The position numbers and the translations under genes were made by a program. The notes beneath the pieces were generated by a model. It made no database searches. It saw nothing but the letters and a program-made list of their open reading frames with translations, and was not told the DNA's origin. From Acidobacteriota bacterium (GTDB lineage: Bacteria > Acidobacteriota > Thermoanaerobaculia > Gp7-AA8), in NCBI GenBank assembly GCA_021325515.1, contig JAJPHC010000051.1:27998-91997 (forward strand): a stretch of 64,000 nucleotides of DNA, in the 5' to 3' direction. This document shows, one piece after another, positions 29,139-39,231 of the stretch. The first letter of the stretch is position 1, and the number at the start of each line of letters is the position of its first letter.

Positions 29139-31831
29139 CGCGCAATCGGCTCTTCGAACGCGATCGGCGACGGCCGGTGCGTCTGCGCACTTTCTGCGAA
29201 GGCCTGCCGCATCTTCTCGTATTGCGGCAGCCAGAGATCACCGGCGCGCTTCGCCTGCTCCATGTGCGCCAGCGCCTCGGGGTACTGCTGTTCTGCGTAT
29301 AGCAATCGCGCACGGATGATCTCCGTGCGCGGCGCCTTCCGCAGCGCATCGGCCTGATCGAGCAGACGCTTTGCCTCCTGCAGCCTTCCGGCGCGAATCA
29401 TCGGGTAGGCAGCCCCGGCATAAACATCGGGGCCGAGATCGGGAACGTGAATCCTCCGGTCGATCGCGAGCGCCGCTTCCGCATTGTTCAGCGCTGCATC
29501 GAGCTCTCCGCGCCGCGCCCGCGCCTGCGCGAGATCGGAAAGGATCAGCTCCTCGATCGTCGTACCCTGATACGACCGAGCCTGGGCAAGCGCCTGCTCA
29601 AGCAGTGCGATCGCGCGCACTTCGTCGTTTCGTGCGTAGGCCCAGATCCCCTGCATCAGGATCGCCTGCGTCTCGGTGCCCTTGTCACCCACTTCGTGTG
29701 CAAGCTGTGCAGCCTGATTCGACATCTCCTCGGCGCGCGCCAGCTCTCCCTCGGCAGCATAGATCTGCGCCAGGTTTCCCATCACGATGCCGCTCGTCTC
29801 GCGATACCCGAGCTGCTTTCCGAGCTGCAGCGATTCTTCGAACCACTTCCTCGCGGCCTTGTTGTCATTGCGCCGCATCGCATTCGTCCCGAGGTTGTTG
29901 AGAGCTGCAATCTTGATATAGGGAACGTTCCGCTCCCGCGCGAGCCGCAAGGCCTTCAGTTCGGCAGCGTCGGCTTCGTCCAGGCGGTTCATCGACCGGA
30001 GAAAGACTCCGCGTGCGTTCAGCGCATAGACTTCGATCTCCACTCTTCCGAGCTGCTGCGCGAGCTTCAACGCTTCCTGCGTCGCGCTGTCTGCCACAGC
30101 GACATCGCCCCGAAGCTGGCGCGCGAATCCGTGATTGATCAGCGCCGACACCAGCACGCTCTTGTCGCCCCGCCGGCGGGCCTCGCGGATGACTTCTTCC
30201 ATCGCCGCATCCGCCTCCGCGGCTCGCCCTTGTCTGGCGTAGAGCTCAGCCAGCGCCTGCTTCGCATCCAGGAATTCCGGATCGCGATCAGCCGCAACCG
30301 CGAAGTACTTCTCCGCAAACTTGCCGCCGCGAGTGATCTCGACCTCGCGCCCGATGTCGAACGCCAGCGCAGCAAACGCGTCGCTCGTCCCGCGTCCAAC
30401 GCGCCGGACGAAATGGCGTGGATCGGCGCGCTTCGCGAGCTGATCGGCCATCTTGTTCGCCGCTTCGGTGAGAATCGTGGAACCGGCTTCCTGCGGCCGC
30501 TCCGTGTGACGCGCGTCGGAGATTGTGTAAGTGATGACGTATCGATCGTCGCGAAATGACACCGAGGAATCGACGATGGCGTCCGCGCCAACCGCTTCCA
30601 GCAGCCGCTTGCGATCGTCCGCGGTCTTCGGTCCGAACTTCGTCACCGCTTCCGGCGCTACGACATCGAGACTGGGCACCCGGTGGAGCGAGCGAATGAC
30701 GTGATCCATGAGACCGAGCTCGATCCATTTCATCCCCCGATCGCCGGTCGCGTTGCGGAAAGGAAGAATGATGATGCGGGGATTCGCTTTCCAGCCGATC
30801 AACTGCGAGCGCTCGCGAATGCGTTCCGCGAGAAAGATGCCGGCGACGGCGAACAGCGCGAGCGCGGCCGCCGATGCGATCCAGCGCAGTACCCTCCAGC
30901 GCCGCGCCGGCCGCTCCGCGATGCGGGCAAGAACATCGCCCACTTCACCGACCGAGGGGCGTTCCGACGGCGCGAGCGATGTCATTCGGCTAACCAGACG
31001 CTGCACCTCGCCGTCGCCGAGGTCCAGCGGCACCACTTGTGCGGCTCTCACCTTCTGCAGCAGCTCGGCGACCGATTCCACCTCGCCATAGGCCGGCGCG
31101 CCGCCGGACAGCATCTCCTGCAGCATCACGCCGAGGGAGTAGACGTCGCTCGCCGGCGTGAGCGGCAGGCCGCGAGCCTGCTCCGGCGACATGTAGTGCA
31201 GCGTTCCGACGAGGCTTCCAACGGACGTCTTGCTGTCGTCCGGCGCGGTCGATTCGACGCCGATGATCAGCGTCTTCTCCAGATCGATCGCCGCTGCCTC
31301 CACCATCGCGGGATCGGCGTATTCCGCCTCCACTGCGCGCGCCAGTCCGAAGTCCAGCACCTTCACATCGCCGGAGGAGGTCAGCATCACGTTCTCCGGC
31401 TTGAGGTCGCGATGAATGATGCCGCGGCCGTGCGCGACCGCCAGCACGCGCGCGATCTGCAGCGCGATCTCGACCGCCTCCTGCTTCGAAAGCCCGCTCT
31501 CGATCCGCTCGCGCAGCGTTGGTCCATCGATCAGCTCGAGGACCAGCCAGTCGCCGTCGACCAGCTCGAGGACGTCCCAGATGCGGCAGATGTTCGGGTG
31601 ATCGAGCTTCGACAGCACGCGCGCTTCGCGAAGAAACCGCGTGCGGAGCTGAGGATTCAGCCGGCGCTCGGTCGTAATCGACTTCAACGCGACCGCGCGC
31701 TCGAGCTTTTCGTCCCAACCGCGGTAGACCTCTCCCATCCCGCCCGCGCCGAGGAGAGCATCGACGCGGATGCGGCCGACGTAGGAGCCGGCGGGCAGAG
31801 GCATGGAAATAAGGTAACAGACGGCAGGCAC
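29135..31831 (-). CDS. Ser/Thr protein kinase with TM segment and large C-terminal TPR-repeat domain
   Basis: [24 protein letters not shown] and SPEQ kinase subdomains, then a hydrophobic segment and many TPR-like helical repeats (AxxxxxxAxxLxP.. periodicity). Start could be an internal Met. Confidence 0.75.
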   Translation of the reverse strand: MPAVCYLISMPLPAGSYVGRIRVDALLGAGGMGEVYRGWDEKLERAVALKSITTERRLNPQLRTRFLREARVLSKLDHPNICRIWDVLELVDGDWLVLELIDGPTLRERIESGLSKQEAVEIALQIARVLAVAHGRGIIHRDLKPENVMLTSSGDVKVLDFGLARAVEAEYADPAMVEAAAIDLEKTLIIGVESTAPDDSKTSVGSLVGTLHYMSPEQARGLPLTPASDVYSLGVMLQEMLSGGAPAYGEVESVAELLQKVRAAQVVPLDLGDGEVQRLVSRMTSLAPSERPSVGEVGDVLARIAERPARRWRVLRWIASAAALALFAVAGIFLAERIRERSQLIGWKANPRIIILPFRNATGDRGMKWIELGLMDHVIRSLHRVPSLDVVAPEAVTKFGPKTADDRKRLLEAVGADAIVDSSVSFRDDRYVITYTISDARHTERPQEAGSTILTEAANKMADQLAKRADPRHFVRRVGRGTSDAFAALAFDIGREVEITRGGKFAEKYFAVAADRDPEFLDAKQALAELYARQGRAAEADAAMEEVIREARRRGDKSVLVSALINHGFARQLRGDVAVADSATQEALKLAQQLGRVEIEVYALNARGVFLRSMNRLDEADAAELKALRLARERNVPYIKIAALNNLGTNAMRRNDNKAARKWFEESLQLGKQLGYRETSGIVMGNLAQIYAAEGELARAEEMSNQAAQLAHEVGDKGTETQAILMQGIWAYARNDEVRAIALLEQALAQARSYQGTTIEELILSDLAQARARRGELDAALNNAEAALAIDRRIHVPDLGPDVYAGAAYPMIRAGRLQEAKRLLDQADALRKAPRTEIIRARLLYAEQQYPEALAHMEQAKRAGDLWLPQYEKMRQAFAESAQTHRPSPIAFEEPIAR

Positions 31832-31908
31832 CGAGAGGCAGAGGTGCGTCGTGCGAGCGCAGACGTGACCTCAGTCACATCGGCACGTAGCCGCCGTCAT
31901 CCCTCCTC

Positions 31909-33831
31909 GTGACACCCCCTGCGACACTCACCCTGGTGACAACCGAACCGCGTCCGCCGACGCTGACGATCCTTCTGCTGCTCTCGGCAGCACTGCTCGT
32001 CGCCTTCTTCAGCGGCTACGAGCTGCTGGATCGCGCCGTATTCGTCAACATGTTGACCGGTGAGGCTCGCGAGCTGCTGCACGGACTCAGCGGCATCACA
32101 GGCTCCGTCCTTCTCACGATCTTCATCGGCTGGTATCTCGTCGGCCATCCGGTCCACGCGCCGCACCGCAGCGACGGGATCACCTTCTTCGACACACACC
32201 ATCGCCGCATCGAGCAGCTCCGCTGGCTGGTGCAGATGCGCTGGATCGCCGCCGGCTTCAGCCTCGCGCTGATCGTCATCGCAGTACCGCTGATGCGCGT
32301 GCTCTCCGCCGATCACCTTCCCGCGCTGCTCTCCTGGCTCGGCGTGATGGTGGGCGGCAATCTCTACTTCGGCACCGCGATCCATCGCGACCGGAACTTC
32401 GATCGCCAGATCATCGTGCAGATGACGCTCGATACGATCGTCGTCACCGGGCTCCTCAACGCGTCGGGCGGCATCGACAACCCGCTGCTCATCGCCTATC
32501 TCTTCGGCGTCTTCACCGCCGCGGTTCTCCTGCCGAAGAGAACGGCGCTGACCATGACGGCGATGACGGCCGCGGCGCTCATCGCTCTCGTCATGGGCGA
32601 GCTCGTCGGCATCCTCCCCCACGCGAACGTGCGGCTGATGCCGTCGTCCGCGCACAACCCACTCTTCGTCGTCGCGCGGCTCGCGTCGATCCTCGCCGTC
32701 ATGTTCCTCACCTCGTACTTCACGACGATGGTGATGGACCGGCTGCGCGAGAGCGAGTCCGAACTGCGCAGCAACGCGCACACGGCGACGTTCGAGCGGC
32801 GCAGACTCGAGGCCGTGATCGAAGCCGCCGGCTTCGGCATTCTCGTCGTCGGCTCCGACCGCCGCATCGCATGGATCAATCACCGCCTCGGCTCCTGGAT
32901 GTCGTGGGACGAATCGATGATCGGCGGCGAGTGCCCGCACGATCATGAGCGCGACCACTTCTGCTTCGCCTGCACGGCAGCGGAGACGCTGGCCAGCGGC
33001 CGCGCGCAGGAGCGCGAGGTCACGACCGGCATCGTCGGCTCGCAGCGTCACTTTCGCTATGCGACGTTCCCGGTGCGCAGCTCGACGATCGATGTCGCGC
33101 AGGCCGTGCACGTGATCGAGGAGATCACGTCGCGTAAGGAGCTCGAAGCGCAGGCTCTCCACACGAGCGGCCTCGCCGTCCTCGGCCAGCTCGCTGCCGG
33201 GGTCGCGCACGAGATCGGCAATCCGCTGTCATCGCTGCATGCGCGCGTGCAGTTGATGCGCAGGCATCCCGATCCCGGCGCAATCGACGAGAGCCTCGAC
33301 GTGCTCGAGAAGCAGATCGACCGGATGGGACGCATCGTACGCGGCGTATCGCACCTCTCGCGCAATCGATTCGACAGCCGTGGACTCGTCGATGTCGATG
33401 CCGTGGTGCGGGAGGCCGTGGCGCTGGTGAAGATCGATCGCCGTGCGGCCCGCGTCGCGATTCATGACGAGCTGCAGACGCTCCCGCCCGTGCGTGGAAT
33501 CCGCGATGAGCTGCTGCAGGTCGTCCTGAATCTGCTCTTCAACGCGGTGGAAGCGATGCCCGGCGGCGGGACCATTCACGCCACGACGTTCGCGAACAAC
33601 GGGAGCATCTGCATCGGCGTCAAGGACAGCGGACCGGGCATCGATGCGGGCGTGCGCGAGCGGCTGTTCGAGCCGTTCTTCACCACCAAGCACAACGGCA
33701 CCGGCCTCGGTCTCTCCATCTGCCGGAGCCTCGTGCAGGCGAATGGCGGTTCGATCGAAGTCGAGAGCGAGCCGGGACGCGGCGCGCAGTTCACGATCGT
33801 GCTGCCCGCGATGAAGGAGGCCGTCGCATGA
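31909..33831 (+). CDS. membrane sensor histidine kinase (multi-TM N-terminus, HisKA, HATPase)
   Basis: H-box AHEIGNPLSSL; N-box LLFNAVEAM; G boxes DSGPGID and GTGLGLSI; about 8 N-terminal TM helices. Start codon uncertain (track start is GTG). Confidence 0.75.
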   Translation: MTPPATLTLVTTEPRPPTLTILLLLSAALLVAFFSGYELLDRAVFVNMLTGEARELLHGLSGITGSVLLTIFIGWYLVGHPVHAPHRSDGITFFDTHHRRIEQLRWLVQMRWIAAGFSLALIVIAVPLMRVLSADHLPALLSWLGVMVGGNLYFGTAIHRDRNFDRQIIVQMTLDTIVVTGLLNASGGIDNPLLIAYLFGVFTAAVLLPKRTALTMTAMTAAALIALVMGELVGILPHANVRLMPSSAHNPLFVVARLASILAVMFLTSYFTTMVMDRLRESESELRSNAHTATFERRRLEAVIEAAGFGILVVGSDRRIAWINHRLGSWMSWDESMIGGECPHDHERDHFCFACTAAETLASGRAQEREVTTGIVGSQRHFRYATFPVRSSTIDVAQAVHVIEEITSRKELEAQALHTSGLAVLGQLAAGVAHEIGNPLSSLHARVQLMRRHPDPGAIDESLDVLEKQIDRMGRIVRGVSHLSRNRFDSRGLVDVDAVVREAVALVKIDRRAARVAIHDELQTLPPVRGIRDELLQVVLNLLFNAVEAMPGGGTIHATTFANNGSICIGVKDSGPGIDAGVRERLFEPFFTTKHNGTGLGLSICRSLVQANGGSIEVESEPGRGAQFTIVLPAMKEAVA

Positions 33832-35171
33832 CCGGACGGATTCTGCTCGTCGACGACGAAGACGTTTTCCGCGAAGACATCGCGTCATTGCTGCGGCACG
33901 AAGGCTACGTGTGCGAGGCCGCGGCTTCCGGCGCCGAAGCGCTGCGCATTGCACAGAGCGAGGCACCCGACATCATCCTGTCCGACATGGTGATGCCCGG
34001 GATCTCCGGCGCGGAGCTCGTGCGCACACTCGCAGCGGCATGTCCGGAGACGCCGATCGTGGTGATCACCGCGCATGCGACAGTGGAGACGACCGTCGAG
34101 GCCTTTCGCGCCGGTGCGACCGACTATCTCCTCAAGCCGCTAGTCATCGACGATCTCATTCGCAAGGTCGAGCGCTGCCTCGAGCATCGCCGGCTGCAGG
34201 CCGAGCTGCGCTTTCTGCGCAAGCAGGTCTCGCTCGCCGGAGGAGGCACGACGATCGTCGGCACGAGCCGGCCGATCCAGGCCGTGCGCGACCTGATCGC
34301 GCGCGTCGGCCCGTCGAACAGCAGCGTGTTGATCACCGGAGAGAGCGGCACCGGGAAGGAGCTCGTCGCGCGGGCGCTGCATGCTGCCGGCAGCAACGAG
34401 CGCGCGCCGTTCATCGCGGTGAACTGCGCCGCATTGCCGCGAGATCTCATCGAGAGCGAGCTGTTCGGGCACATGCGCGGCGCATTCACCGGAGCGATGC
34501 GCGACAAGCGCGGACTGTTCGAGCTTGCCAACGGCGGCACGCTCTTTCTCGATGAGCTCTGCGAGCTGCCGGTCGAGCTGCAGCCCAAGCTGCTGCGCGC
34601 GATCGAACAGCAGGAGATCCTGCCCGTCGGCGGGACGCGCGTCATCCGGACGAACGTGCGCATCATCGCGGCGACGAATCGCGTCCTGCGCGATGAGATC
34701 GCAACACGGCGCTTCCGCGAGGATCTCTATTTCCGGATTGCGGTCGTGGAGATCGCACTGCCGCCGCTGCGCGACCGACGCGAAGACATCCCGATGCTCG
34801 CCGACTTCCTCATCGCGCGCTTGAATGACCGCCTGAAGCGCCGCGTGAACGGCGTCGCCCACTCCGCGCTCCGCGTGCTGATGAGTGCACCGTGGCGCGG
34901 CAACGTGCGCGAACTGGAGAACGTGCTCGAGCGCGCGATGCTGCTGACGAACAACGAGATCATCGGCATCGAGGATCTCCCCGCCGAGCTGGCCGGCACA
35001 CTCGCGACGAGCGACCCCTCCGACGATCTGCGCAACGCCGTCCGAGCCTACGAACGGGAACACATCCGCCACGTGCTCGCAACGACGAACGGCAATCGCG
35101 AGGAAGCATCCCGAAGGCTCGGCATCGACGCCTCAACCCTCTACCGAAGAATGCGCGACCTCGCCCTTTAA
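33828..35171 (+). CDS. sigma-54-dependent response regulator (NtrC family: REC, AAA+ sigma54-activator, Fis-type HTH)
   Basis: LLVDDE receiver; GESGTGKE Walker A; GAFTGA sigma54-contact motif; ELFGH; C-terminal HTH ..NGNREEASRRLGI..TLYRRM. The stop TAA overlaps the first T of repeat copy C. Confidence 0.9.
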   Translation: MTGRILLVDDEDVFREDIASLLRHEGYVCEAAASGAEALRIAQSEAPDIILSDMVMPGISGAELVRTLAAACPETPIVVITAHATVETTVEAFRAGATDYLLKPLVIDDLIRKVERCLEHRRLQAELRFLRKQVSLAGGGTTIVGTSRPIQAVRDLIARVGPSNSSVLITGESGTGKELVARALHAAGSNERAPFIAVNCAALPRDLIESELFGHMRGAFTGAMRDKRGLFELANGGTLFLDELCELPVELQPKLLRAIEQQEILPVGGTRVIRTNVRIIAATNRVLRDEIATRRFREDLYFRIAVVEIALPPLRDRREDIPMLADFLIARLNDRLKRRVNGVAHSALRVLMSAPWRGNVRELENVLERAMLLTNNEIIGIEDLPAELAGTLATSDPSDDLRNAVRAYEREHIRHVLATTNGNREEASRRLGIDASTLYRRMRDLAL

Positions 35172-35209
35172 GTTGGTTTTCGGGGGTCACACCTGGAAAA
35201 TCAACTTAA
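35168..35209. repeat. 42-bp palindromic element family 1, copy C
   Basis: TTAAGTTGGTTTTCG-GGGGTCACACCT-GGAAAATCAACTTAA; same orientation as copy A. Confidence 0.9.
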
Positions 35210-35241
35210 CGGCGGACAGACAGGCAGGCAGAAGGCACCCG

Positions 35242-35283
35242 TTAAGTTGATTTTCCAGGTGTGACCCCCGAAAACCAACTTAA
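35242..35283. repeat. 42-bp palindromic element family 1, copy D
   Basis: TTAAGTTGATTTTCC-AGGTGTGACCCCC-GAAAACCAACTTAA; identical to copy B. Copies C and D are separated by only a 32-bp spacer with no cargo. Confidence 0.9.
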
Positions 35284-35308
35284 CTTTGCACGATTGGGGG
35301 GGCGGGGG

Positions 35309-35328
35309 GTCTTGCAGAATTGCAAGAC
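35309..35328. promoter_or_regulatory. palindrome GTCTTGCA-gaat-TGCAAGAC (candidate enhancer/UAS for the adjacent NtrC-type activator)
   Basis: Perfect 8-bp arms with 4-nt spacer, about 45 bp upstream of a sigma-54-like -24/-12 element and about 70 bp upstream of the first ORF of the cytochrome operon. Confidence 0.35.
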
Positions 35329-35366
35329 CTTTGACCGTAAGTCGTTGATTCTTCTAGGGAGCGTTG

Positions 35367-35383
35367 GCGGCCCCGGCATTGCG
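35367..35383 (+). promoter_or_regulatory. weak sigma-54-type -24/-12 promoter candidate (cGGccccggcatTGCg)
   Basis: GG at 35369-70 and GC at 35381-82 have the canonical 12-nt GG..GC spacing and the -12 reads TTGC. The -24 half is a poor match to TGGCAC. Confidence 0.25.
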
Positions 35384-35397
35384 ATGGTCCGCTCGCA

Positions 35398-35679
35398 ATG
35401 GATGACGACCTCATGGCTCGCCAACTCGTGCGGGCGGTTCAGGAAGACCTTCGGCTCTGGCTGAACGTCCCTCGCCTCGAGCCTGAGCTCATCGCCAATC
35501 TCTATCTTCGGATCCGCGACATCCTCCGCCGCGATGGCGCACTCGACGAGCTCGCGCTCGCCGTCTACCTCACCGCCACCGCGTGGCAGCCCTCCGTTCC
35601 CGAATCCGCATCCGTCATTCCGACGCTTCGTCGAGATCTCGAAACAGTCATCAACGCAAAAGGAGAAAACAACCCATGA
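35398..35679 (+). CDS. hypothetical small protein (93 aa), first ORF of the cytochrome operon
   Basis: Strong GC3 codon bias. The stop overlaps the ATG of the cytochrome c gene (ATGA). No SD upstream; it could be leaderless if transcription starts at the predicted sigma-54 site. Confidence 0.4.
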   Translation: MDDDLMARQLVRAVQEDLRLWLNVPRLEPELIANLYLRIRDILRRDGALDELALAVYLTATAWQPSVPESASVIPTLRRDLETVINAKGENNP

Positions 35680-35978
35680 AGAAACTCATCGCAATCCTCG
35701 CGCTCGCCGCACTCCCCGTTCTCGCCGCTGAAGACGGCCCGGCTCTGTTCAAGGCGAAATGCGCCGGCTGCCACGGCGCGACCGGCGCCGGCGACACCTC
35801 GGTAGGCAAGAGCCTCAAGGTCGTACCACTCGGCAGCGCCGAAGTGCAGAAGATGAGCGACGCAGACATCACGAAGGTCATCCAGACCGGCAAGGGCAAG
35901 ATGCCCGCCGTCGGCAAGGCCTTCACGCCTGATCAGCTCAAGGCCCTCGTCGCCGTCATCCGCTCGTTCAAGAAGTGA
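35676..35978 (+). CDS. class I c-type monoheme cytochrome (c6/c553-like)
   Basis: AAAGGAG 7 nt before the ATG; signal peptide MKKLIAILALAALPVLA; single CAGCHG haem-binding site; Met ligand region ..GKGKMPA.. Confidence 0.8.
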   Translation: MKKLIAILALAALPVLAAEDGPALFKAKCAGCHGATGAGDTSVGKSLKVVPLGSAEVQKMSDADITKVIQTGKGKMPAVGKAFTPDQLKALVAVIRSFKK

Positions 35979-35989
35979 GGTCAGGTCCG

Positions 35990-36454
35990 ATGGAAGCCTT
36001 CGATCGCTCGATGAATCGCCGCACACTGCTCAACTGGTTTCTCGGCACGTCGTTCGGCGCGCTGATCGCGTCGGTGATCTACCCCGTGCTGCGGTACATG
36101 ACTCCACCGAAGATCGCCGAGGCGAGCACGAATCAGGTCGAAGCCGGCGAAGTGAATGATCCCGCGCTGCTCGACAAGGGCTACAAGATCATCCGCTTCG
36201 GCGCGGAGCCGGTGATTCTCGTCAAGGCCGCGGAAAACGATTTCCGCGCTTTCTCCGCGACGTGCACGCATCTCGACTGCATCGTCGGCTTCCAGAAGGA
36301 CCAGACGCGCATCTACTGCAACTGCCACGGCGGCTGCTACGACCTCACAGGCCGCAATGTCTCCGGTCCGCCGCCGCGGCCTCTCACTCCCTACAAAGTC
36401 AATGTCGTCTCGAAGGGCTCGGGTCCGGGCCTGATCGTCGTATCGAAGGCGTAA
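35990..36454 (+). CDS. Rieske [2Fe-2S] iron-sulfur protein (bc/b6f-type)
   Basis: GAGG 8 nt before the ATG; twin-arginine-like [13 protein letters not shown]; cluster boxes CTHLDC...CNCHGGCY. The track start at 35975 is a GTG overlapping the upstream stop. Confidence 0.85.
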   Translation: MEAFDRSMNRRTLLNWFLGTSFGALIASVIYPVLRYMTPPKIAEASTNQVEAGEVNDPALLDKGYKIIRFGAEPVILVKAAENDFRAFSATCTHLDCIVGFQKDQTRIYCNCHGGCYDLTGRNVSGPPPRPLTPYKVNVVSKGSGPGLIVVSKA

Positions 36455-36456
36455 TC

Positions 36457-39231
36457 ATGAGCGCAATCTTTGAGTGGCTCGATGACCGGCTCGGCGTCTC
36501 CGTCCTGCGCGAGGTCGCATCACACAAGACCGTACCCTCGCATCGCTACACCATCCTCTACTACCTCGGCGGCATGACGCTCTTCTTCTTCCTCGTCCAG
36601 GTCTGCACCGGCGTTCTGCTGATGCTCTATTACAGACCGTCGGCCGAAGAAGCCTTCGAGTCGGTGGAGTTCATCATGACCACAGTGCCGTTCGGATGGC
36701 TCATCCGCAGCGTGCACTCCTGGTCTGCCAATCTCATGGTGTTCTTCGCCTTCCTCCATCTCGTGAGCGTCTTCTTCATGAAGGCGTACCGGCCGCCGCG
36801 CGAAGTCACCTGGATCAGCGGCGTCATCGTGCTCTTCCTCGTCATGGGCTTCGGCTTCTCCGGCTATCTGCTGCCGTGGAATCAGCTCGCGTTCTTCGCG
36901 ACGAAAGTCGGCACGGACATCGCCGGCGTCGTCCCGCTCGTCGGCCCATGGATGGTGCGCTTCCTCCGCGGTGGTGATCGGGTGAGCGGCGCGACTCTTT
37001 CGCGCTTCTACGGCTGGCACGTCGCGATCCTTCCCGCGATCACGACCGTCATCCTCGGATTGCATCTCGCGATGGTGCAGCTCAAAGGGATGAGCGTGCC
37101 GAAGTCGATCGAGGACGATGCGAATTCGCGCAAGCCGATGAAGTTCTTCCCCCACTTCGCACTGCGCGATCTCACCGGATGGATCATCGCCCTCGGCTTC
37201 GTCGCCGCACTCGCCGCCCTCTTCCCCTGGGAGCTCGGCGACAAGGCTGATCTCTTCGCGCCCGCCTACGAGAACATCCGCCCCGAGTGGTACTTCGTCT
37301 TCATGTTCCAGACGCTGAAGCTCGTGCCCGGCGGCTCCATCGCCGGCATCGAGTACGAGGCGATTCCGATCATGCTGTTCAGCCTCGCCGGCGCTCTGCT
37401 GATGGCTGTCCCCTTCCTCGACCGCAGACTCAAGCGCGATGGAAAGAGCCCGCTCTTCACCACGATCGGCGTGCTCGCCATCCTCTTCATCGTCGGCATG
37501 ACGTGCTGGGGCTACGGCAACATCGTGCCGCTGCTGGTCATGGCGCTCGCCGCATCGCTGCTCGTCCTGCTCGGATGGATCACGAGGCCTCCGCGCGCGA
37601 TGATGATGATCGCGCTGCTGTTCCTCGCCGCACACGCCTGGGGCGCGACGCCGAAGACGTCGTGCACCACCTGCCACAACAGCGAACTATTCGATGCCGC
37701 CGGCAAAGCGAAGGTGACTTCGTTCCTCACGAAGGACGTGCATGCGCAGATCGGCCTCTCCTGTCACGATTGTCACGGCGGCAATCCCGATCCTGCACTG
37801 AGCACCGATCCGGCTGCCGCCATGGATCCCAATTACAAGAAGAACCCGTTCCGCGGAATGCCGGCGCGCAAGGACATTCCCGACTTCTGCGGCCGCTGCC
37901 ACTCCAGCGCGGCCTTCATGAAGCAGTACAACCCGGCCGCGCGCGTCGATCAGGTCAGTGAGTACTGGACGAGCCGCCACGGCCAGCTTCTCAAGCAGGG
38001 CGATACGAATGTCGCGGTCTGCATCGACTGCCATTCCGTGCACGACATCCGCCGCAGGATCTCACCCGACTCGCCCGTCTACAAGACGAAGGTTGCGGAG
38101 ACCTGCAGCCGCTGCCACTCCGACGCGAACAGGATGGCGAAGTACGGCATCCCCACCGATCAGTACGCGCGCTGGCGCGTGAGTGTGCACGCCAATGCGG
38201 TGCTCAACAAGGGCGACATCGCAGCGCCTAGCTGCAACGACTGTCACGGCAATCATGGAGCGACACCTCCCGGCGTCGAGTCGATCAGCTTCGTCTGCGG
38301 ACGCTGTCACGCGCGCGAAGCGGAACTGTTCCGCAAGAGCCCGAAGTACGACGCCTGGCAGAAGCACAACGAGATGATGAACGGGATGGCGTGCTCCACG
38401 TGTCATGCCGACGGCAAGCGCGCCAGCGTCACCGTGACGCACTTCAGCGAATGCCTCACCTGCCACGAGAATCACGGCGTCGTCCGTCCGACGATCGCCC
38501 TGCTCGGCAATCTGCCGGAAACACCCTGCGCGTTCTGTCATGAAGGCGTCGGCCCGCTCGCCGCACGCATCGCGGAGATGCCGGAAAAGGCCGAGCACTT
38601 CAAACAAGTGCGCGACAGCTTCCTCAAGGTTGCCGATGCCCAGCATCTGAAAGGCAATGACCGTTTCGACTGGCTGGTTGACCAGGCGCTGCACCTCCCC
38701 TTCCATCGCGTCGGCGACGCGAAGCAGAACGACAAACTGCGTCCCGAGTTCCTACGGCTCTTCGACAAGTTCCGCATCGGCAAGACGCACTACGTCTACA
38801 AGGATGTGAAAGGGAACGACGTCTCGGTACCGGTCCGCAGTTGTGGCGACTGTCATGAAGAAAAGGATTCCGCCGGCCTGGCGAATGCGCGCGCGTATCT
38901 CGATGCCACGCGCAGCGTGACCAGCATGGTCGGACGCGCCGATCGCATCCTGCTCTCCGCGCATCGCGGCGGTGTCGAAGTGCGCAAGGTACGCGCCGAG
39001 CTCGATGGAGCCATCGACTCCCAGATCGAGCTCGAGACGCTGGTGCACACGTTCAACGCGCCTGAGGTGCAGGCCAAACAGAAAGAAGGACTGCAGCACG
39101 CCGAGGCGGCGCTGGTCGCCGGACAATCGGCGCTCGACGAGTTGCTGTATCGCCGCAAAGGATTGTTGATCGCGCTCGGAATCATCCTTCTGGTTCTCGT
39201 CGCGCTGATCACGAAGATCAGGACGTTGTAG
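36457..39231 (+). CDS. cytochrome b (b6 plus subunit-IV-like, 8+ TM) fused to a C-terminal multiheme (11 x CxxCH) cytochrome c domain
   Basis: The N-terminal about 420 aa has the cytochrome b His ligands and the PEWY motif ([14 protein letters not shown]). The C-terminal about 500 aa carries CTTCH, CHDCH, CGRCH, CIDCH, CSRCH, CNDCH, CGRCH, CSTCH, CLTCH, CAFCH and CGDCH, plus a final TM anchor. The track start at 36262 is artefact; the ATG at 36457 follows the Rieske stop. Confidence 0.85.
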   Translation: MSAIFEWLDDRLGVSVLREVASHKTVPSHRYTILYYLGGMTLFFFLVQVCTGVLLMLYYRPSAEEAFESVEFIMTTVPFGWLIRSVHSWSANLMVFFAFLHLVSVFFMKAYRPPREVTWISGVIVLFLVMGFGFSGYLLPWNQLAFFATKVGTDIAGVVPLVGPWMVRFLRGGDRVSGATLSRFYGWHVAILPAITTVILGLHLAMVQLKGMSVPKSIEDDANSRKPMKFFPHFALRDLTGWIIALGFVAALAALFPWELGDKADLFAPAYENIRPEWYFVFMFQTLKLVPGGSIAGIEYEAIPIMLFSLAGALLMAVPFLDRRLKRDGKSPLFTTIGVLAILFIVGMTCWGYGNIVPLLVMALAASLLVLLGWITRPPRAMMMIALLFLAAHAWGATPKTSCTTCHNSELFDAAGKAKVTSFLTKDVHAQIGLSCHDCHGGNPDPALSTDPAAAMDPNYKKNPFRGMPARKDIPDFCGRCHSSAAFMKQYNPAARVDQVSEYWTSRHGQLLKQGDTNVAVCIDCHSVHDIRRRISPDSPVYKTKVAETCSRCHSDANRMAKYGIPTDQYARWRVSVHANAVLNKGDIAAPSCNDCHGNHGATPPGVESISFVCGRCHAREAELFRKSPKYDAWQKHNEMMNGMACSTCHADGKRASVTVTHFSECLTCHENHGVVRPTIALLGNLPETPCAFCHEGVGPLAARIAEMPEKAEHFKQVRDSFLKVADAQHLKGNDRFDWLVDQALHLPFHRVGDAKQNDKLRPEFLRLFDKFRIGKTHYVYKDVKGNDVSVPVRSCGDCHEEKDSAGLANARAYLDATRSVTSMVGRADRILLSAHRGGVEVRKVRAELDGAIDSQIELETLVHTFNAPEVQAKQKEGLQHAEAALVAGQSALDELLYRRKGLLIALGIILLVLVALITKIRTL

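Noticed and set aside
31897-33210. 437-aa minus ORF and 30683-31912 plus ORF
   Set aside because: They overlap the histidine kinase and the Ser/Thr kinase respectively in antisense. No motifs.
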